64,000 nucleotides of DNA from an uncultured bacterium (GCA_963695095.1 CAVOFT010000001.1:2112001-2176000), one strand, 5' to 3'. Counted from the stretch's first letter, positions 19,700 through 31,586 are shown. Notes: generated from the sequence alone by a model not told the origin. Made by a program: numbers and translations.

Positions 19700-21358
19700 C
19701 GGATGAGCGGCGTGCGCAGGCCGCGCTCCGCGGCCACGGCCAGCGCCTTGGGGTAGCCGGCGTCGGCATGGCGCATGACCCCGGTGCCCGGATCGCCGGT
19801 GAGCACGCGCGACAGGCGCGTCGCGGCAGCCGGCGTGCCGTCGGCAACGACCACCATGCCGGCATGGATGGAATTGCCCATGCCGACACCCCCGCCGTGG
19901 TGCAGCGAGACCCAGGTGGCGCCGTTCACCGCATTGAGCAGGGCATTGAGCAGGGGCCAGTCGGCCACGGCGTCGCTGCCGTCGAGCATGCCTTCGGTCT
20001 CGCGATAGGGACTGGCCACGGAACCGCTGTCGAGGTGGTCGCGGCCGATGACGATGGGCGCGCTCACTTCGCCGCGCGCGACCAGCTCGTTGAAGGCCAG
20101 GCCCGCCCGCTCCCGCTCGCCATAGCCCAGCCAGCAGATGCGGCTGGGCAGACCCTGGAACTGCACCTTCTCGGCGGCCAGGCGCAGCCAGCGGGCCAGC
20201 GCCGCGTCGGCGGGGAAGAGCTCCAGGATGGCCCGATCCGTGCGCGCGATGTCGGCGGGATCGCCCGAGAGCGCCGCCCAGCGGAAGGGCCCCTTGCCCT
20301 CGCAGAAGAGCGGGCGCACGAAGGCGGGCACGAAGCCGGGAATGGCGAAGGCCCCCGGCTCGCCGCCCTTGACCGCCCCGCCGCGCAGGTTGTTGCCGTA
20401 GTCGAAGACGACGCTGCCGGCCGCTCGCATCGCGAGCATGGCCCGCACCTGGGCCGCCATGCTGGCGTGGGCGCGGCGCACATGCTCCTCGGGATCGCCG
20501 GCGCGAAGCGCGAGCGACTCGCCGAGGCTCAGACCCGCCGGCACGTAGCCGTTGAGGGGATCGTGGGCGCTGGTCTGGTCCGTCACCAGCTCGGGATGGA
20601 TCCCGCGCGCGGCCAGGGCCGGGAAGACCTCGGCCACGTTGCCCAGCAGGCCGACGCTGAGGGCCTCGCCCCTGGCCTGGGCGGCCCGGCAGAGCGCGAG
20701 CGCCTCGTCCAGGTCGCGGCACTTGCGGTCCAGGTAGCGGTGGGCGAGCCGGCGGTCGATGCGGCTCTCGTCCACCTCCACCACGAGCGCCACGCCCTCG
20801 TTCATCGTCACGGCCAGGGGCTGAGCGCCGCCCATGCCGCCCAGGCCGCCGGTCAGGGTCAAGCGTACCCCTGAGGCTGCCGCCGAAGTGCTGGCGGGCC
20901 GCCTCGGCGAGCGTCTCGTAGGTGCCCTGCAAGATGCCCTGCGTGCCGATGTAGATCCAGGAGCCGGCCGTCATCTGGCCGTACATCATCAGGCCCTTCT
21001 TCTCGAGCTCCCAGAAGTGCTCCCAGGTGGCCCAGGCCGGCACGAGCTGGCTGTTGACGATGAGCACGCGCGGCGCGTCGGCGTGGGTGCGGAAGACCGC
21101 CACCGGCTTGCCCGATTGGACGAGCAGGGTTTCCTCGTCGCCCAGTTCGCGCAGCGCCGCGACAATCGCCGCGAAGCAGTCCCAGTTGCGCGCGGCCTTG
21201 CCGGTGCCACCGTAGACGACGAGCTCCGCGGGGCGCTCGGCCACCTCGGGATCGAGGTTGTTCATCAGCATGCGCAGGGCGGCTTCCTGAAGCCAGCCCC
21301 GGCAGTGGAGCTCTGCGCCTCGCGGCGCCTTCACCTTGCCCGGTTGCAGTTCAAGCAT
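19696..21358 (-). CDS. hutU: Urocanate hydratase (split by a +1 frameshift at ~20861)
   Basis: [41 protein letters not shown], then in the next frame [26 protein letters not shown]. Removing one base at 20861-20862 restores [15 protein letters not shown]. Confidence 0.95.
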
Positions 21359-23999
21359 CTCGACTCCCCTGTCCTCGGGCCTGGCCCTCAGCGCCACCGG
21401 CGCCCTCCGCGCGGCGGCCCACCGGCTCGACGTCGGGGCGCTGCCGCGGCCGGGAGACGTACCAGGCGTGGAGTTCGCTCGCGAAGGTGGATGGATCGAA
21501 ACATAGTCGAGTCTCCACGGGAAGGGAACGCAAAAAGCGCTGCCCGTAGCTCTTGTGGACGAGTCGGCTGTCGAGGAAGAGCGCGAGGCCCTCGTCGCGA
21601 GCGCTGCGAATGAGGCGGCCGAAGCCCTGCTTGAAGCGCAGCACGGCCTCGGGCACCATGTAGTCGAAGAAGGGATCCTCGCCCGCGGCCGCCAATCGCT
21701 CGCAGCGCGCCTCGACGAGGGGCTCCGTGGGCACGGCGAAGGGCAGGCGCGTGATGACGAGAATGCTGAGCGCCTCGCCGGGAAAATCCACGCCCTCCCA
21801 GAAGCTGCTCGTGCCGAGCAGCAGCGCGCCTCGCCGCGCGCGGAAGCGCCGCGCGAGGGCGTCGCGGCTGGCGCCGCTCTCCTGCACGAGCAGGCGCTCG
21901 GGCGCGACGCCGCGCTCGATCAGCCCCCGGCGGCTGCGCTCCAGGGCGCCGTAGCTGGTGAAGAGCACCAGGGTGTTCAGCGGCTGCTCGGTGGCGAGCG
22001 CGGCCAGCAGTTCCACCACGGCCTCCAGGTGCCCGCGCTGACCGGGCTCGGGCAGGTAGGCCGGCAGCAGCAGGCGGGCCTGGGCCGCCATGTCGAAGGG
22101 GCTGTCCAGGGCGAGCTCGTAGCGCGAACGCCCGCTGCGATCCAGGCCGATCTTGCCGCGGCAGTAGTCGAAGGCGCCCTGCACGGTGAGCGTGGCGCTG
22201 GTGAGGACCAGCGCGTCCAGGTGCTCGCGAAAGAAGTCGCCGAGCTCGAGCGCCACGTCCACGGGACTGGCCACCAGCTCGCGCAGGCCGCCCCGACCGT
22301 CGCCCTCGAGGTAGTAGACGAAATCCTCGCCCTCGGCGGCGAGCAGGAAGCCGAGCCGCGCCAGCAGCTCGTCGAGCCCGCGGGCCATCGCCTCCAGGGC
22401 ATCGCACTCGGCCTGCAGCTCGCCCTTGGCCCCCGGCGCCCCCAGGGCCGCCAGGGCGCGCGCCCCCTTCGCCGCCGCCGTCAGCGCCCGGCTCAGCGCC
22501 GCCGCTTCCGCGGCGAGCGCCTCGGGCAGCGCCTGGCCGGCGCGGTAGCGCAGGCGCCCCGTCTCCCTGAGCGCCGCCGCCACCGAGGGTTGACTCGCCA
22601 GGCGCTCGAGCAGTCCCCGGAGCGCCTCCCGCGCCGCGGGCATAGCGTCCAGGAGCGCGGCGCGCTCGCCGGCGGCGCCGGGCGCCGCCTCCTTCAGGGC
22701 CGGCAGCCAGCGCTCGAGCGAACGCCGACTCCAGCCCGGCGCCCGCAGCTCCGGCGCGATCGCCTCGAGAGCGGCATCGAGCACCCGCGCCGACAGGGAG
22801 ACGCCCAGGGCCCGCGTGGCCACGGCATCGAGATGCTGCGCCTCGTCGATGACGAGTCGGCGGTAGGGGCCGAGCACGCCGCCGCCCACGGCCTGGTCGG
22901 CCAGCAGCAGGGCGTGATTGACGATGACGAGCTGCGCCGCCCGCGCCCGCTCGCGCGCCCGCGTCACCCAGCAGTCGCTGCGCGCCGCGCAGCGCGTCTC
23001 TTCGGCCCCCTGATTGCGCGCCCGCAGCTGCTCGAGCAGGCCCGGCGCGCAGAGCGGATTGCCGCTCAGCTCCTCGATCAGGCCCTCGGCGCTGCGATCC
23101 TGCCAGACGAGGAGCGCGGCGGCGGCCAGGCGGGCAGCGACATCGCCGCCGAGCTCGCCGATGAAACGCTCGAGCTTGCGGCGACAGGCGTAGTTCTCGC
23201 GGCCCATGAGCAGGGCGGCCGTGACGGGAAACCAGGGCGCGGCCGCCAGGCGCGGCAGGTCGCGCCGCAGCAGTTGCTCCTGCAGGTTGCGCGTGTGGGT
23301 GGAGATCAGCACCCGCTCGCCGCCCGCTGCGGCGAAGAGCCCGGCGGGAACGAGATAGGCCAGGCTCTTGCCGGTGCCGGTGGGCGCCTCGACGAGCAGA
23401 TCGCCGCCGCCGGCCAGCACCTGCCAGGCGGCGAGGGCCATCTGCTGCTGACCGGCGCGGCTCTCGAAGTCGGCGCCCAGCAGCGCGGCCAGCTCGCCCT
23501 CCGGGCCGAAGATGCGCTCGATGCGCGCCTCGCCCTCGGCCAGCGCCATCGTCTCGGCGCCGCCGCCCGGCTGCGCGCCGCGCCGCTTGCCAGCCGCTGC
23601 GCCTGCGAGCCTGCGCTCGGCAGCGAGGCGACCGCCCTCGGCGGCGAAGGCGGCCAGCGCCGCCAGCTCTGCAGGGGAGACGCTGTCCCCCGCCGCCGCG
23701 GCCTCGCTGGCGGCAGCGGCGGCGCCCTGCAGCAGGCCCTGCACCTGCCCCCAGCTTTCAACGCGCAACGCGCTCCATTCCAGGCCGGCAATCCCCTCCG
23801 CCAGCGCAGCGGCGCTCTCGCCGGCCGCCGCCCCAGCGATCTGGGCGAGATCCTCGCGCTCGGGGGCGAAGACGGCCAGGAAGCGGGCCAGGGGCAAGCG
23901 CCGCCGGCCGGCATCGCCTGCGGCGTCCGGCGCCGGATCCAGCAACCACTCGGCCGCAGCGGGCTCCAGGCGAAGGCGCAGGCAGGGGTCGTCGGTCAT
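21351..23999 (-). CDS. DinG/XPD-family ATP-dependent helicase
   Basis: Q motif, APTGTGKS, Fe-S-type cysteines, [24 protein letters not shown]. Confidence 0.92.
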   Translation of the reverse strand: MTDDPCLRLRLEPAAAEWLLDPAPDAAGDAGRRRLPLARFLAVFAPEREDLAQIAGAAAGESAAALAEGIAGLEWSALRVESWGQVQGLLQGAAAAASEAAAAGDSVSPAELAALAAFAAEGGRLAAERRLAGAAAGKRRGAQPGGGAETMALAEGEARIERIFGPEGELAALLGADFESRAGQQQMALAAWQVLAGGGDLLVEAPTGTGKSLAYLVPAGLFAAAGGERVLISTHTRNLQEQLLRRDLPRLAAAPWFPVTAALLMGRENYACRRKLERFIGELGGDVAARLAAAALLVWQDRSAEGLIEELSGNPLCAPGLLEQLRARNQGAEETRCAARSDCWVTRARERARAAQLVIVNHALLLADQAVGGGVLGPYRRLVIDEAQHLDAVATRALGVSLSARVLDAALEAIAPELRAPGWSRRSLERWLPALKEAAPGAAGERAALLDAMPAAREALRGLLERLASQPSVAAALRETGRLRYRAGQALPEALAAEAAALSRALTAAAKGARALAALGAPGAKGELQAECDALEAMARGLDELLARLGFLLAAEGEDFVYYLEGDGRGGLRELVASPVDVALELGDFFREHLDALVLTSATLTVQGAFDYCRGKIGLDRSGRSRYELALDSPFDMAAQARLLLPAYLPEPGQRGHLEAVVELLAALATEQPLNTLVLFTSYGALERSRRGLIERGVAPERLLVQESGASRDALARRFRARRGALLLGTSSFWEGVDFPGEALSILVITRLPFAVPTEPLVEARCERLAAAGEDPFFDYMVPEAVLRFKQGFGRLIRSARDEGLALFLDSRLVHKSYGQRFLRSLPVETRLCFDPSTFASELHAWYVSRPRQRPDVEPVGRRAEGAGGAEGQARGQGSRDA

Positions 24000-24107
24000 C
24001 GCGCCTCACGCGGCTCGTGCGGGAACCGGCTATCCACCGGCAGGTTAGGGCGGACCAGTATGCCTCAGGCCGGGCAGCCCCCACAAGACCGCCCGCTTTC
24101 AATAGTA

Positions 24108-24136
24108 TTGCCTGCCCCCTGCCCTTGCCCTATCTT
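24108..24136 (+). promoter_or_regulatory. Sigma-70-type promoter for dsbD
   Basis: TTGCCT-N17-TATCTT, 33 nt upstream of ATG 24170. Confidence 0.5.
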
Positions 24137-24169
24137 TGAGCGCATCCTGCACGGAGAATGGGAGTTGCA

Positions 24170-26068
24170 ATGAATGGGAAGTGCCCGCCGGGGTCCCGGC
24201 GGCCTGGGCAAGCGCTCACGCTGTTGACGCTCGTGGCGCTCCTGCTGTCCGCGATGGCGCCGGCCCTGGCTGGTCCGGGGGCGGATGCCGGCCTCCAGCT
24301 CGGCGGCAGTTTCGGCCCGCCCGCCGTGCCCGTGCGCCTGGAGCTCCTGGCCGACCAGGCGGTGGCCGGCGCCGAGCTGCCGGTGGCCGTCATCTATAGC
24401 GTGCCGGCGGGCACCCATCTCACCGACGCCTTCTTCACCGTCGAGTTCTCCAGCGAGCCCCCGCTCGCCTTCGCGGCGCCCAGCTACCCCGCCGGCAGCC
24501 TGGAGGGGGACAGCCGCGTCTTCCGCGGCGAGGTCCGCGTGACCAGCCGCGTCCGGCTCCCGGCCGCCGGACCGGTCACGCTCAAGGCGCGGGCGGAGTA
24601 CCAGATCTGCCAGGAGGGCGAGGTGGAGATGTGCTTCCCGCCCGAGGAAGCCGCGCCCAGCCTCGTCCTGGAACTGGCCCCCGCCGGCACGCCCTGGAGT
24701 CCGAGCGGCGCGCCAGCCGCAGCGGACGTGACGAGCCCGGGCGAGGCCTCGCCGCCACCCGATAGCGAGGGCCCCGCCGTCGCGGCGACGCCGCGCGCCA
24801 GCGGCCTCGAGGGCCGCCTCGAGCGCGCCCTCGCCAGCGGGAGCTGGCTGGCCTTCCTGCTCGTCTTCCTGGGCGGCGTGCTCACCAGCTTCACGCCCTG
24901 CGTCTACCCGGTCATCCCCATCACGATCAGCTACGTCGGCGGCAGCGCCAAGGGCAACCCGCTGCGGGGCTTCATCCTCTCGCTCTGGTTCGTGCTCGGC
25001 ATCGCCATCACCTACTCGGCCCTGGGTCTGGCCGCGGCGGCCACGGGCGCCGCCTTCGGCCAGGCGACCCAGAACCCCTGGGTCAACGGCGTCATCGCGC
25101 TCGTCGTCGGCGCCATGGGCTTCTCGATGGCCGGCTTCTTCGACATCCAGCTGCCCAGCGGTCTGACGAGCAAGGTGGGCGGCGCCCGCGGCGGCTTTCT
25201 CGGCCCCATCCTGATGGGCTTTGCAACCGGCCTCATCGCCGCGCCCTGCGTGGGGCCGGTGCTGGTCGTGCTGCTGAGCTGGGTGGCCCAGACGGGCAGC
25301 CTCTTCCTCGGCTTCTGGCTGCTCTTCACCTTCGCCCTGGGCCTGGGGCTGCTCTTCATCGTGCTCGGCACCTTCAGCGGCGCCCTGGCCGCCCTGCCCG
25401 GCGCCGGCGCCTGGATGGACGGCGTGAAGCACTTCTTCGCCCTCGCGCTCTGGGCCCTGGCGCTCTGGTTCCTGCGCAGCCTGCTGCCCGGCTGGCTGCT
25501 GACCATGGTCTTCGGCCTGGCCCTCGTCATGGCCCTGGGCGCCTGGGGCGCCTTCCACAGCCTGCCCAGCGGCGCCAGTCCGCGCCAGGGCCTGCTCAAG
25601 GGCGTCATGCTGCTGCTGTGGATGCTGGGCGCGCTGCTTGCGCTGGGCGGCGGCCTGCGCGGCTTCGCGCCGGGCCTGCTGCCCGCGGCCGGGGCGCCCG
25701 CGGCGCACAGCAGCGCCGAGCCGGCCTGGATCTGGGATGCCGAGGCGGGCTTCGCGGCGGCTGCCGCCAGCGGCAAGCCCGTGATGATGGACTTCTGGGC
25801 GGAGTGGTGCGCGGCCTGCAAGGAGCTGGACCACAAGACCTACAACCAGCCCGAGATCCTGGCCCTGGCCGAGCGCTTCGTCTCCATCAAGATGGACCTG
25901 ACCGAGCGCACGCCGGCGAACGCCGCGCTCCAGGAGCGCTACGGCGTGGTCGGCATGCCCACCGTGATCTTCTTCGATGCCACCGGCCGCGAGCGCGAGC
26001 GCTTCGCGGGCTTCAAGAAGGCGGGCGATCTGGCCCCCATCCTGGAGCGAGTCCTGGCCGCGCCATGA
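24170..26068 (+). CDS. dsbD: Thiol:disulfide interchange protein DsbD
   Basis: Signal peptide, alpha-domain Cys pair (YQIC..MCFPP), TM domain with TPCVYP and APCVGP, thioredoxin domain WCAAC. Confidence 0.93.
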   Translation: MNGKCPPGSRRPGQALTLLTLVALLLSAMAPALAGPGADAGLQLGGSFGPPAVPVRLELLADQAVAGAELPVAVIYSVPAGTHLTDAFFTVEFSSEPPLAFAAPSYPAGSLEGDSRVFRGEVRVTSRVRLPAAGPVTLKARAEYQICQEGEVEMCFPPEEAAPSLVLELAPAGTPWSPSGAPAAADVTSPGEASPPPDSEGPAVAATPRASGLEGRLERALASGSWLAFLLVFLGGVLTSFTPCVYPVIPITISYVGGSAKGNPLRGFILSLWFVLGIAITYSALGLAAAATGAAFGQATQNPWVNGVIALVVGAMGFSMAGFFDIQLPSGLTSKVGGARGGFLGPILMGFATGLIAAPCVGPVLVVLLSWVAQTGSLFLGFWLLFTFALGLGLLFIVLGTFSGALAALPGAGAWMDGVKHFFALALWALALWFLRSLLPGWLLTMVFGLALVMALGAWGAFHSLPSGASPRQGLLKGVMLLLWMLGALLALGGGLRGFAPGLLPAAGAPAAHSSAEPAWIWDAEAGFAAAAASGKPVMMDFWAEWCAACKELDHKTYNQPEILALAERFVSIKMDLTERTPANAALQERYGVVGMPTVIFFDATGRERERFAGFKKAGDLAPILERVLAAP

Positions 26069-26096
26069 GCGCAGCCCTACCCCACGAGGAGAGAGC

Positions 26097-26420
26097 ATGA
26101 GCGACGTCCTGCACGTGAGCGACGACAACTTCGAGAGCGAGATCATCCAGAGCAGCCTGCCGGTGCTCGTGGACTTCAGCGCCACCTGGTGCGGGCCCTG
26201 CAAGAAGCTCGAGCCCATCGTCGAGGAGCTGGCCACGGAGTACAAGGGCAAGCTCAAGGTCGCCCATGTGGACGTCGACAAGGCGCGCACGAGCGCCCAG
26301 AAGTTCGGCATCATGTCCGTGCCGACCGTGCTCTACATCAAGGGCGGCGAGGTGAAGGCCACGCAGATCGGCCTCAGCTCGAAAGAGGCCATGATCCAGA
26401 AGATCGCCGGCCTGCTCTAG
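26097..26420 (+). CDS. trxA: Thioredoxin
   Basis: 107 aa, VLVDFSATWCGPCK and cis-Pro SVPT; GAGGAG RBS. Confidence 0.95.
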   Translation: MSDVLHVSDDNFESEIIQSSLPVLVDFSATWCGPCKKLEPIVEELATEYKGKLKVAHVDVDKARTSAQKFGIMSVPTVLYIKGGEVKATQIGLSSKEAMIQKIAGLL

Positions 26421-27619
26421 TCGCCGGCTGACCCTGGCGCCGCCGGCGCTGCCGGCGGCGCGAAGGTCAACTCCCCCATCACCAGCGTCAGGCCCGGGGT
26501 CGCCGCGTACTGCTCCCACTCAGGCCGGCTGTCCCGCAGGCAGCAGACCAGCCGATAGCGCCGCTCGCCCGCCGCCGGCGGCGGCTCCAGGCGAACGCTC
26601 TCGTCCAGGGTCCACATCTCCGTCGCGTCGCCGTCGTCGTCGCGGAAGAGCGGGTAGGGATCCCGGGGATCGTCCATGGCCACGTAGTACCAGCGGTAGC
26701 TGCTCTGTTCGGCGAAGAGCTGCTCGCCCGAGTAGGGCGAGGTGTAGAACTGCCGCTGCGCCGCCAGCGTGACGTAATAGGTCCAATCGGCGCGCTGCGT
26801 CACGCGCAGGGCGGGCAGGCTCTCCCCGCTCGCGAAGGGGAAGTGGAGCAGCTCGTCCTCGTAGAGCAGGCGGTCCGCGAAGGCCACATCGGGATGGGGA
26901 ATGGCCAGGATTTCGAAGTCCTCGTAGTCCGGATTGCGGTTGGCATTGGGACTGCCCAGGCGGCCGCTGTGGCGAACGGTGAGGCTGCGGGTCACCTCGA
27001 CGTAGAGCTCGCTCGCGACGGCCGCGCGGAAGCGGATGCGGCTGGCGAAACGATCGGCGAGTCCCCACACGGCGGCCTGCCGATCGGCGGGCAGGGCGGC
27101 CAGGTCGGCGGCCGTGAGCGCCGCCAGGTAGGCGGCCACCGTCGCCTTGGCCGGCGGCAAGGGCGTGCCGGCCGGCAGCTGCGCCGCCGCCAGTGCCACC
27201 ATCGCCGGATCGTCCAGGGGATCGCTGAGCGCGCTCGCCCACAGCAGCGCGGAATCCGGCACCACAAAGCGGAACTGCTGGCTGAGGAAACCCTCGCCCT
27301 CGTCCACGGGCGCCGGCGGCGCCAGCGGGACGAGCCGGCGCTCGATCACCTCCGCGCCATAGGGGCCGACCGTGTAGTCGAGCGCCACGCGCCAGTCGAC
27401 GCTCAGCGCCGCCGGATCGGGCGTGTAGAGCAGGAGCGTCACGAGCACCGTGTCGCCCGGCGCCGCCTCGGGCGGCTCGCAGAGGATGGCCAGGGGCCGC
27501 GTCTTGTCTTCCAGGCCCAGGTGCATCTCGATGTCGTTGAAGGCCTCGCCGCAGGCGGCGGCGAGCAAGAGCCCGGGCAGCAGCAGTCGCCAGGCGCAGC
27601 GGGGCAGGCAGATCGACAT
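26417..27619 (-). CDS. Hypothetical lipoprotein associated with the TonB-dependent receptor
   Basis: Start ATG 27619 after GGAGG; lipobox-like LLAAA|C; PLAILCEPPEAAPG; last gene of the TonB operon. Confidence 0.7.
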   Translation of the reverse strand: MSICLPRCAWRLLLPGLLLAAACGEAFNDIEMHLGLEDKTRPLAILCEPPEAAPGDTVLVTLLLYTPDPAALSVDWRVALDYTVGPYGAEVIERRLVPLAPPAPVDEGEGFLSQQFRFVVPDSALLWASALSDPLDDPAMVALAAAQLPAGTPLPPAKATVAAYLAALTAADLAALPADRQAAVWGLADRFASRIRFRAAVASELYVEVTRSLTVRHSGRLGSPNANRNPDYEDFEILAIPHPDVAFADRLLYEDELLHFPFASGESLPALRVTQRADWTYYVTLAAQRQFYTSPYSGEQLFAEQSSYRWYYVAMDDPRDPYPLFRDDDGDATEMWTLDESVRLEPPPAAGERRYRLVCCLRDSRPEWEQYAATPGLTLVMGELTFAPPAAPAAPGSAGD

Positions 27620-27630
27620 GGCGCCGCCTC

Positions 27631-30343
27631 CTAGAATTCCACGCGGCAGCCCAGGGCCGGCAGGATGATCCAGCCGTACTCGCGCCGCTCGGAGAAGTCG
27701 TAGTTGTAGTAGAAGCCCTCGGGGCTGTTGTAGACGAAGTAGTTCAGGTTCTGCACGTCCAGGTAGACCGTCCACTCCGCCCGGCGACTCACGAACTGCC
27801 TGTCCACCCGCAGATCGCAGCGGAAGTAGGGCCACATGCGGTCCGAGAGGTAGTCGCCCCGCACCTGCTGGTAGTCGCCGCTGTCCGCATCGAACTCGAA
27901 CTCGCCGGCGTCGAGACTCCGCAGCGGCGTCACCGGATTCCCGGACACGAACTGCAGGCGCAGGCCCGTCGACCAGCGGTCGCCCAGGCGCCAGGAGCCG
28001 ACGGCCTCGATGTGATGCGTCTGGTCGAGCGTGAAGGGCACCCAGCGCGCGGGATCCCAGGCGGCCGCGCTGCCGGGCGAATTGTCGAAGCCTGGATCCT
28101 GGTCGACGTCCCGGGGCCGGCGCGGGAAGCGGCGCTCGCTGCGCGAGAGCGAATAGGCCAGCCAGCCGAAGAAGCGCTCGCCCACCTCGCGCCGCAGCAT
28201 GAACTCGAGGCCGCCCATGCGGCCCTCGCCCTCGGCGACGTAGTTGAGCTCCAGGCTGTCGGTGAGCAGGGGGATCTGCCGCTGGGTGTTGTAGTAGGCC
28301 TCCACCTTCAGCGAGAGGGCGTCGCTCAGGCGCCATTCGTCGCCCAGCGTGAGGTGCGTGGCCAGGGTCGGCGGCAGCTGCGGGTTGCCGTAGACGGGAT
28401 CGGTCGACTGGTCCAGCGGCTGCGGGGACTGGTTGTAGCTGCCGGCGGCCGCGGTCAGCGTGTGCGCGTTGCCGAGCCGGGCGCGGGCGCTCAGGCGCAA
28501 GCCGGTTTCGCTCGCGCCGAGATGGCGGTAGTCGTCATGGCGCAGACCCGGCGTCAGCTCCAGCCAGGCGGTCGGTCGCCATTCCAGGATGCCGAACAGG
28601 CCCAGCGCCGAGCTGCCCTTGTCCTGGGCCGAGGCCGGCCAGCCCAGGGCGCGCACCCGGTAGCTGATCGGGCACATCGGTGAAGTCGAGCCCCAGCCGA
28701 GCCCCGAGGGCGGGGCTGAGCTGCAGGGAGAGCTCGTCGCGGAGCTTGGTGTAGGGCCCGCTGAGCTCGAAGTCGTAGTAGCCGAAGACGTGGCCCGACT
28801 CGGCCGACTGGCCCCAGGCTGCCCGCAGCTCGTTGCCCACGCGCTCGCCGAAGCGCGCGTCGTAACCCAGGATGAAGCGGCTGAACTGCAGGTCCAGATC
28901 GATGGCGTTCGTGGCCAGATTCACCTCGGGCGAGCCGCGCTCGTCCTCGGGGAAGATCAGCTCCATGCGGTCCTTCGCGGCGAAGGCCGTCAGGAAGAGG
29001 CGATCCGCCGGCCGCGGCCGCCAGTCCAGGCGCGCCACGACGTCCCAGTAGTAGGGCGCGAGCGTGAGCTCGAGATTCTCCTGCCCGGCGAGCGCGGCGC
29101 GCAGGATCTCGCCGGCGAAGCTGCGCCGCGCCGTGAAGAGCAGACCGCTGCGTTCGCCCAGCGGCCCCTCGACGTGCACGGAGGCGTCCAGGGCACTGGC
29201 GTCGACGATGCGGCGCCAGCCCTCGCTGCGGGCGGGTCGGCCGCGCAGCTCGACGACGCCGCCCACGCAGCCGCCGAAGCGCGCGCCGTAGCCGCCCGGG
29301 TAGAGGTCGACGCTGCCCAGCGCCAGGCTGTTGTAGGTGGACTTCACGCCGCCGTAGTGGAAGAGCAGCGGAATGTCGACGCCGTCCAGGATGAAGCGGC
29401 TGTCGCCGCCGCCCGCGCCGCGCACGACGATGGCGCCCGGATCGGTGAGCAGCGGCCGCGCGATGCCCGGCAGGGCCTGCACGCTGCGCACGACGTCGCC
29501 GCCGAAGCCCGGCATCCGCTCGACCTCGACCACCGAGAGGCGCTGGCGCGTGACCTCTCGCGGCGCGGCCTCGCCGTAGACGACGAGCTCGTAGTCAGGC
29601 TCGGCCTCCGCCGCCGCCCTGGGCATCAGCCAGAACTCGCCCACGGAACGCCCCGCAAGCCCGATGCGGGTGCCCGCGCGCAGGGTGTCGAAGCCGCTGG
29701 CGATGATGTCGAGCTGCAGGTCCCCGGGCGGCAGCAGCCGGAAGGCGAACTGGCCGCTGGAGTCGGCGCGGGTGATCAGGGTCTCCCCCGCTCGCCACTG
29801 GCCGGCGCAGGCGCCGAGCCGATCGAGGTAGAGCCGCCAGGGCAGCGGGAGCAGGCTGTCCGCAGGCGCGGCCGGGAAACTGGCCAGGACGCGCGCGCCG
29901 GGCACGGGCTCGCCGCTGCCCGTCGCGCGCAGCCGGCCCGTCAGCTTGATGGGCTCGGGCAGACGCAACGCCTCCTCCCAGAGCGAGAAGCGATAGCGGT
30001 AGCTGAGCAGGACGGCCACGGCCTCCCCGCCCACCCGCGCCGGCGAGAAGCGCCAGTGCGCGGCCGCGCGCGCCGCCGCGCTGTCGCAGGCGGCTGACAA
30101 GGACTCGAGCACGCGCACGGAATCGACCCCGCCTGCCTCGTTCACGAGCAGCTCCAGGAGCACCTCGCCCTCACGCCCGGCGCGCAACTCGGCGGCCGGG
30201 TAGACGGCGGGCGCGGCTTCCAGCAGGACGGGCAGCTGCTCCGGCTCGCCTGCCGACGCCGCATCCGCCCGCCCCGCCGGCGGGCGCCAGCAGGCGAGCG
30301 CGAGGAGCAGGCAGAGCGGCAGCCAGGACCGGCGGCGACTCAT
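27631..30343 (-). CDS. TonB-dependent receptor with a fused N-terminal TonB C-terminal-type domain (+1 frameshift at ~28671)
   Basis: Signal peptide, YP..GREGEVLLEL..WRFSPA TonB domain, carboxypeptidase-regulatory-like domain, plug (VQALPG, LDGVDIP, YPGGYGARFG) and a barrel ending in F. The frames join if one base of GGG 28670-28672 is removed. Confidence 0.88.
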
Positions 30344-31116
30344 TCCTGGAACTCGAAGCGGATGGAGAGGCGGATCGAGTCCGGCACCGGCAGCCCGCCC
30401 TGCCGGGCCGGCTCGAAGCGGAACTCGCGGCAGGCCGCGCTCGCCAGCTCAGCCGAGTCGTAGCCGATGTCCTGGAGCACCTCGACGGTCTCCACGGCGC
30501 CGCTCGCGCCGACGAGGAGGCGCAACCGGACCACGCCGCTCACGCGGGCGGCCAGCATCGCCGCCGAGTAGCGCGGCTGGACCTGGTGGACGAGGACGGG
30601 CTTGCTCGTCACCGGCGCTTCGGCGCCGCCGCCACCGCTCCCGGCGAGGTCGGCGGCGGTCGCGCTCAGGCTGTCCGGGGGACCCGTCAGCGTGTTGCCG
30701 CGCTTCGTCAGGAGCGCACCCGCGCCGGCGCCCAGTCCCTGGGCATAGACCTGGCGCACGCCGTAGACCCGGCGAGGCGGCGCCTGCTCGGCCGTCGGCG
30801 CCGCGCCAGGCGCTTCGACAGGGGCGGTCGCCCGGCGGCGCTGCCGGGCCGGCCGGGGCGTTGCGGCCAGAGCGGGCACGCTCGCGGGCGGTCGCGGCAG
30901 CGACACCCAGCGGAAGGGCGCCGGCGTCGCCGCGGCTGCCGGCGGCGGCGGCGCGGGGGGCTCGATGGCGGCCAGCACGGCGCCCAGCCCAAGGGCGCCC
31001 AGCACCGAGACGAGGAGCAGGCGATGGAATCGCCCCTCGCTCGGGGGCAGGAGCACGGGTGAGTCCGCGGCATAGTCCGCCAGCAGCCGCCGGCGCCGCT
31101 CGCCGGCCTCGCTCAT
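30340..31116 (-). CDS. tonB: Energy transducer TonB
   Basis: One TM helix, Pro-rich linker, C-terminal PRY..GVVRLRLLV..FRFEPA. Start ATG 31116 overlaps the exbD stop. Confidence 0.85.
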   Translation of the reverse strand: MSEAGERRRRLLADYAADSPVLLPPSEGRFHRLLLVSVLGALGLGAVLAAIEPPAPPPPAAAATPAPFRWVSLPRPPASVPALAATPRPARQRRRATAPVEAPGAAPTAEQAPPRRVYGVRQVYAQGLGAGAGALLTKRGNTLTGPPDSLSATAADLAGSGGGGAEAPVTSKPVLVHQVQPRYSAAMLAARVSGVVRLRLLVGASGAVETVEVLQDIGYDSAELASAACREFRFEPARQGGLPVPDSIRLSIRFEFQE

Positions 31117-31586
31117 GGCGCTTCCTCGCGCGTCTGGACCAGGAGCGCGAAATCGGCGACGCCGCTCGCGCTGCAGGTGTGGATGACCCGCTTGAGCAGG
31201 CCGAAGTCGAGATCCCGGTCGCACTGAAGCGTGACCCGCGTCAGCGGCGCGCTGGCAGCCGCACTGCGCAGCGCAACAGCCAAGGGAGCGATGAGCAGCG
31301 AGTCGCCGGCGGCGGCGGCCGCGAGGGCGAGCACCGGGCGGCCGTCGATGCTGATCTCGCGGGGACCGATCTCGATGGAGAGCGCCGGCCGCGCCCGCAG
31401 TCGGCTCGTGGAGTCCGGCAGGCGCAGCGAGCTGGCGCTGCCCGCCAGCTCACCCTGCACGGAGAAATTCACGAGCAGGAAGACGACGAGAATCGTCATC
31501 ATGTCCACCAGCGAGGTGAGCTGCGGGCGCGCCTCGCCGGCGGCGAGCGGGCGCGATAGCGAAGGCGGTCCCAGCCGGAGCTTCAT
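31113..31586 (-). CDS. exbD: ExbD/TolR-family protein (Asp retained)
   Basis: LTSLVDMMTILVVFLL TM helix, LPDS and a periplasmic domain. Confidence 0.88.
   Translation of the reverse strand: MKLRLGPPSLSRPLAAGEARPQLTSLVDMMTILVVFLLVNFSVQGELAGSASSLRLPDSTSRLRARPALSIEIGPREISIDGRPVLALAAAAAGDSLLIAPLAVALRSAAASAPLTRVTLQCDRDLDFGLLKRVIHTCSASGVADFALLVQTREEAP

Noticed and set aside
18401..21397. Apparent 998 aa HutU-HutI fusion
   Set aside because: Artefact of the hutU frameshift. The middle is off-frame nonsense and the true HutU C-terminus is in another frame.
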